Shown in pieces: positions 62,687-64,000 of a stretch of DNA of 64,000 nt. The translations under genes and the position numbers were made by a program. Within the stretch, counting starts at the first letter, position 1; every line of letters begins with the position of its first letter. The stretch is taken from positions 11,954 through 75,953 of the forward strand of contig JAYRFV010000065.1 in the NCBI GenBank assembly GCA_041908165.1, given 5' to 3'. The notes beneath the pieces were generated by a model that ran no database searches, was not told the DNA's origin, and was given only the letters and a program-made list of their open reading frames with translations. This DNA comes from Holophagales bacterium. GTDB taxonomy: Bacteria > Acidobacteriota > Holophagae > Holophagales > Holophagaceae.

Positions 62687-64000
62687 TTAGAGCTTGATCT
62701 TTTGCCTTCCGTCGGCCTTGATGTCGACCGGCACCTTTGTGGCCTTGTGGGCGAAGCCGATGATGTGGGGGCCCTTGGTGACTGTGATGGAGCCCTGGCC
62801 ATTGCTTTCGACGTCGGTGGGCAGGCCGTCGATGGTGACCATGTCGGAGGTGGGGAATGTATCGACCACGATCTTCACCAGGCCCGGCAGGGTGATCGTG
62901 TGCGGCTGCCCCGCCAGGATCTGCACGGTGTGGGTGGCCTTGTAGAAGACCTTGGGGGCGCTCAGCTCGACCTTGTACTTGCCGGGCGGCAGGGTGTGCT
63001 GGCTGGAGGTCGACAGCTCGCCGAGATCCTTGCCGTCGATCCGGGCGCGCACGGAAAAGGCCCCGGCGACCCGCAGGATCCCTTCGCTGCGGGCGTCGAT
63101 GACCTGCTGCTTCTCGCCTTCCTCCGCCAGCCGGAAGATCTGCCCTTCCGGGGTCTCGCCGATGTCGAAGTCGCGGACGAAGCCCTGCTTCCCGAGGCTG
63201 AGGGTGAACTTCGCCTTCTTCCCCTCGTTCCACTTGACCTTCATCGGCGTGGTGCCGAGCACGGTCCCGTCCACGTTGATGCTGGCCCCCTCGGGGATCG
63301 AGGTCACCAGGATCTCGCGGATCACCGGTTTCAGTTCCAGCACCGGCGGCAGCGGACGGCCTGGGTCGAAGGTCAGTTCCTGCTTCTCGAAGCCCTTTCG
63401 CTCGATCCTCAGCCGGGCGCCCGGCCTGAGCTGCACCGTGGTCGGGCTGAGCGACTCCTGCAGCCTGCCATCGACGAACACCTTCGCCTGCTCGGGCCGC
63501 GTGACCACCTGGAGGCTCTCCCCGCCCCGGCCCTTCAGGAACAGCCAGGCACCGCCGCCGCCCACCGCCAGCATCGCAGCGGCGGCGATCATCAGCGGGG
63601 CGCGGCCCCGCCGTGGCTCCGGCAGCCCCACCGCGGTCTCCTCGTGGGCCCGGTTGAGCACCGGCGCCGCCAGGACGGGCGCGGCCTGCCCTGGCGCGGC
63701 CAGCCCTGGCTCGGTCCCGGGCAGGTGCAGGATCCCCAGCAGTTCCCGTCGGTCGTCCTTGCCGATCTCGCTGGTGACGTCCATGAGGTCCCGGACGAAG
63801 GCGATGCAGGTGGGGTAGCGGTCCGCGGGCAGCTTCGACAGCACTTTCCCGAACACCCGCTTCCAGCCGTCCGGAACGACGCCGAGCACCGGCGGCACGA
63901 TCTCCACCGGCGGCTCGTTGACGATGCGGTAGAGGATGGTGTTGATGGAATTGCCCGGGAAGGGCGACTGGCCGGAGAGGATCTCGAAGGCCATCACCCC
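62687..64000 (-). CDS. Ser/Thr protein kinase, C-terminal part (kinase lobe end, TM, PEGA-type beta domains); 5' end outside window
   Basis: Frame is open to base 64000. AFEILSGQSPFPGNSINTILYRIVNEPP and RYPTCIAFVRDL (kinase subdomains IX-XI). TM LMIAAAAMLAVGGGGAWLF. PEGA-like VTSIPEGASINVDGTVLGTTP. Confidence 0.85.
   Translation of the reverse strand, partial: GVMAFEILSGQSPFPGNSINTILYRIVNEPPVEIVPPVLGVVPDGWKRVFGKVLSKLPADRYPTCIAFVRDLMDVTSEIGKDDRRELLGILHLPGTEPGLAAPGQAAPVLAAPVLNRAHEETAVGLPEPRRGRAPLMIAAAAMLAVGGGGAWLFLKGRGGESLQVVTRPEQAKVFVDGRLQESLSPTTVQLRPGARLRIERKGFEKQELTFDPGRPLPPVLELKPVIREILVTSIPEGASINVDGTVLGTTPMKVKWNEGKKAKFTLSLGKQGFVRDFDIGETPEGQIFRLAEEGEKQQVIDARSEGILRVAGAFSVRARIDGKDLGELSTSSQHTLPPGKYKVELSAPKVFYKATHTVQILAGQPHTITLPGLVKIVVDTFPTSDMVTIDGLPTDVESNGQGSITVTKGPHIIGFAHKATKVPVDIKADGRQKIKL

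Overview
About 70% GC bacterial chromosomal DNA. Gene content (CarboxypepD_reg-type TonB receptor, PEGA-tailed Ser/Thr kinase, BshA) suggests an Acidobacteriota-like organism, but that is inference only. Coding is dense, and many neighbouring genes overlap by 4 nt (GTGA or ATGA). Most long ORFs antisense to the genes below are high-GC artefacts, and many ORF-track entries carry false N-terminal extensions; I trimmed starts to the first start codon that matches family N-termini. Layout: (1) 3' part of tamB. (2) A minus-strand leuA-leuB-leuC-leuD / ilvB-ilvN-ilvC-ilvE-moaD supraoperon. It has a divergent LysR regulator and a leader-peptide attenuator in front of ilvB, and small inverted-repeat elements separate ilvB, ilvN and ilvC. 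(3) Tyrosine phenol-lyase-like gene with an Lrp regulator, dienelactone hydrolase, acyltransferase. (4) Two hybrid histidine kinases. (5) An approximately 23 kb peptidoglycan/muropeptide uptake and catabolism supercluster (23.3-46.2 kb). It holds nagZ, SIS protein, murQ, ampG, HGSNAT-like acyltransferase, GHL10 lipoprotein, sugar kinase, two amidase_2 lipoproteins, TonB-dependent receptor, Na+/solute symporter, LysA-like decarboxylase, VanX-LD-transpeptidase-fold fusion, alr, SH3b-NlpC/P60, dipeptide epimerase, C26 gamma-glutamyl hydrolase and a long MurI-like racemase. Several enzymes that are normally cytoplasmic carry signal-peptide-like N-termini here. This cluster is my best candidate for an undescribed system. 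(6) tRNA-Met(CAT) followed by tandem decayed copies of its own 3' end. (7) bshA, yggT-divIVA, arfB. (8) trpEGDCFBA operon with a Trp-codon leader peptide and attenuator. (9) Membrane protein, split 5'-nucleotidase, monomeric isocitrate dehydrogenase, alpha/beta hydrolase, and the C-terminal part of a Ser/Thr kinase. I saw no CRISPR array, transposase, integrase or recognisable defence genes.
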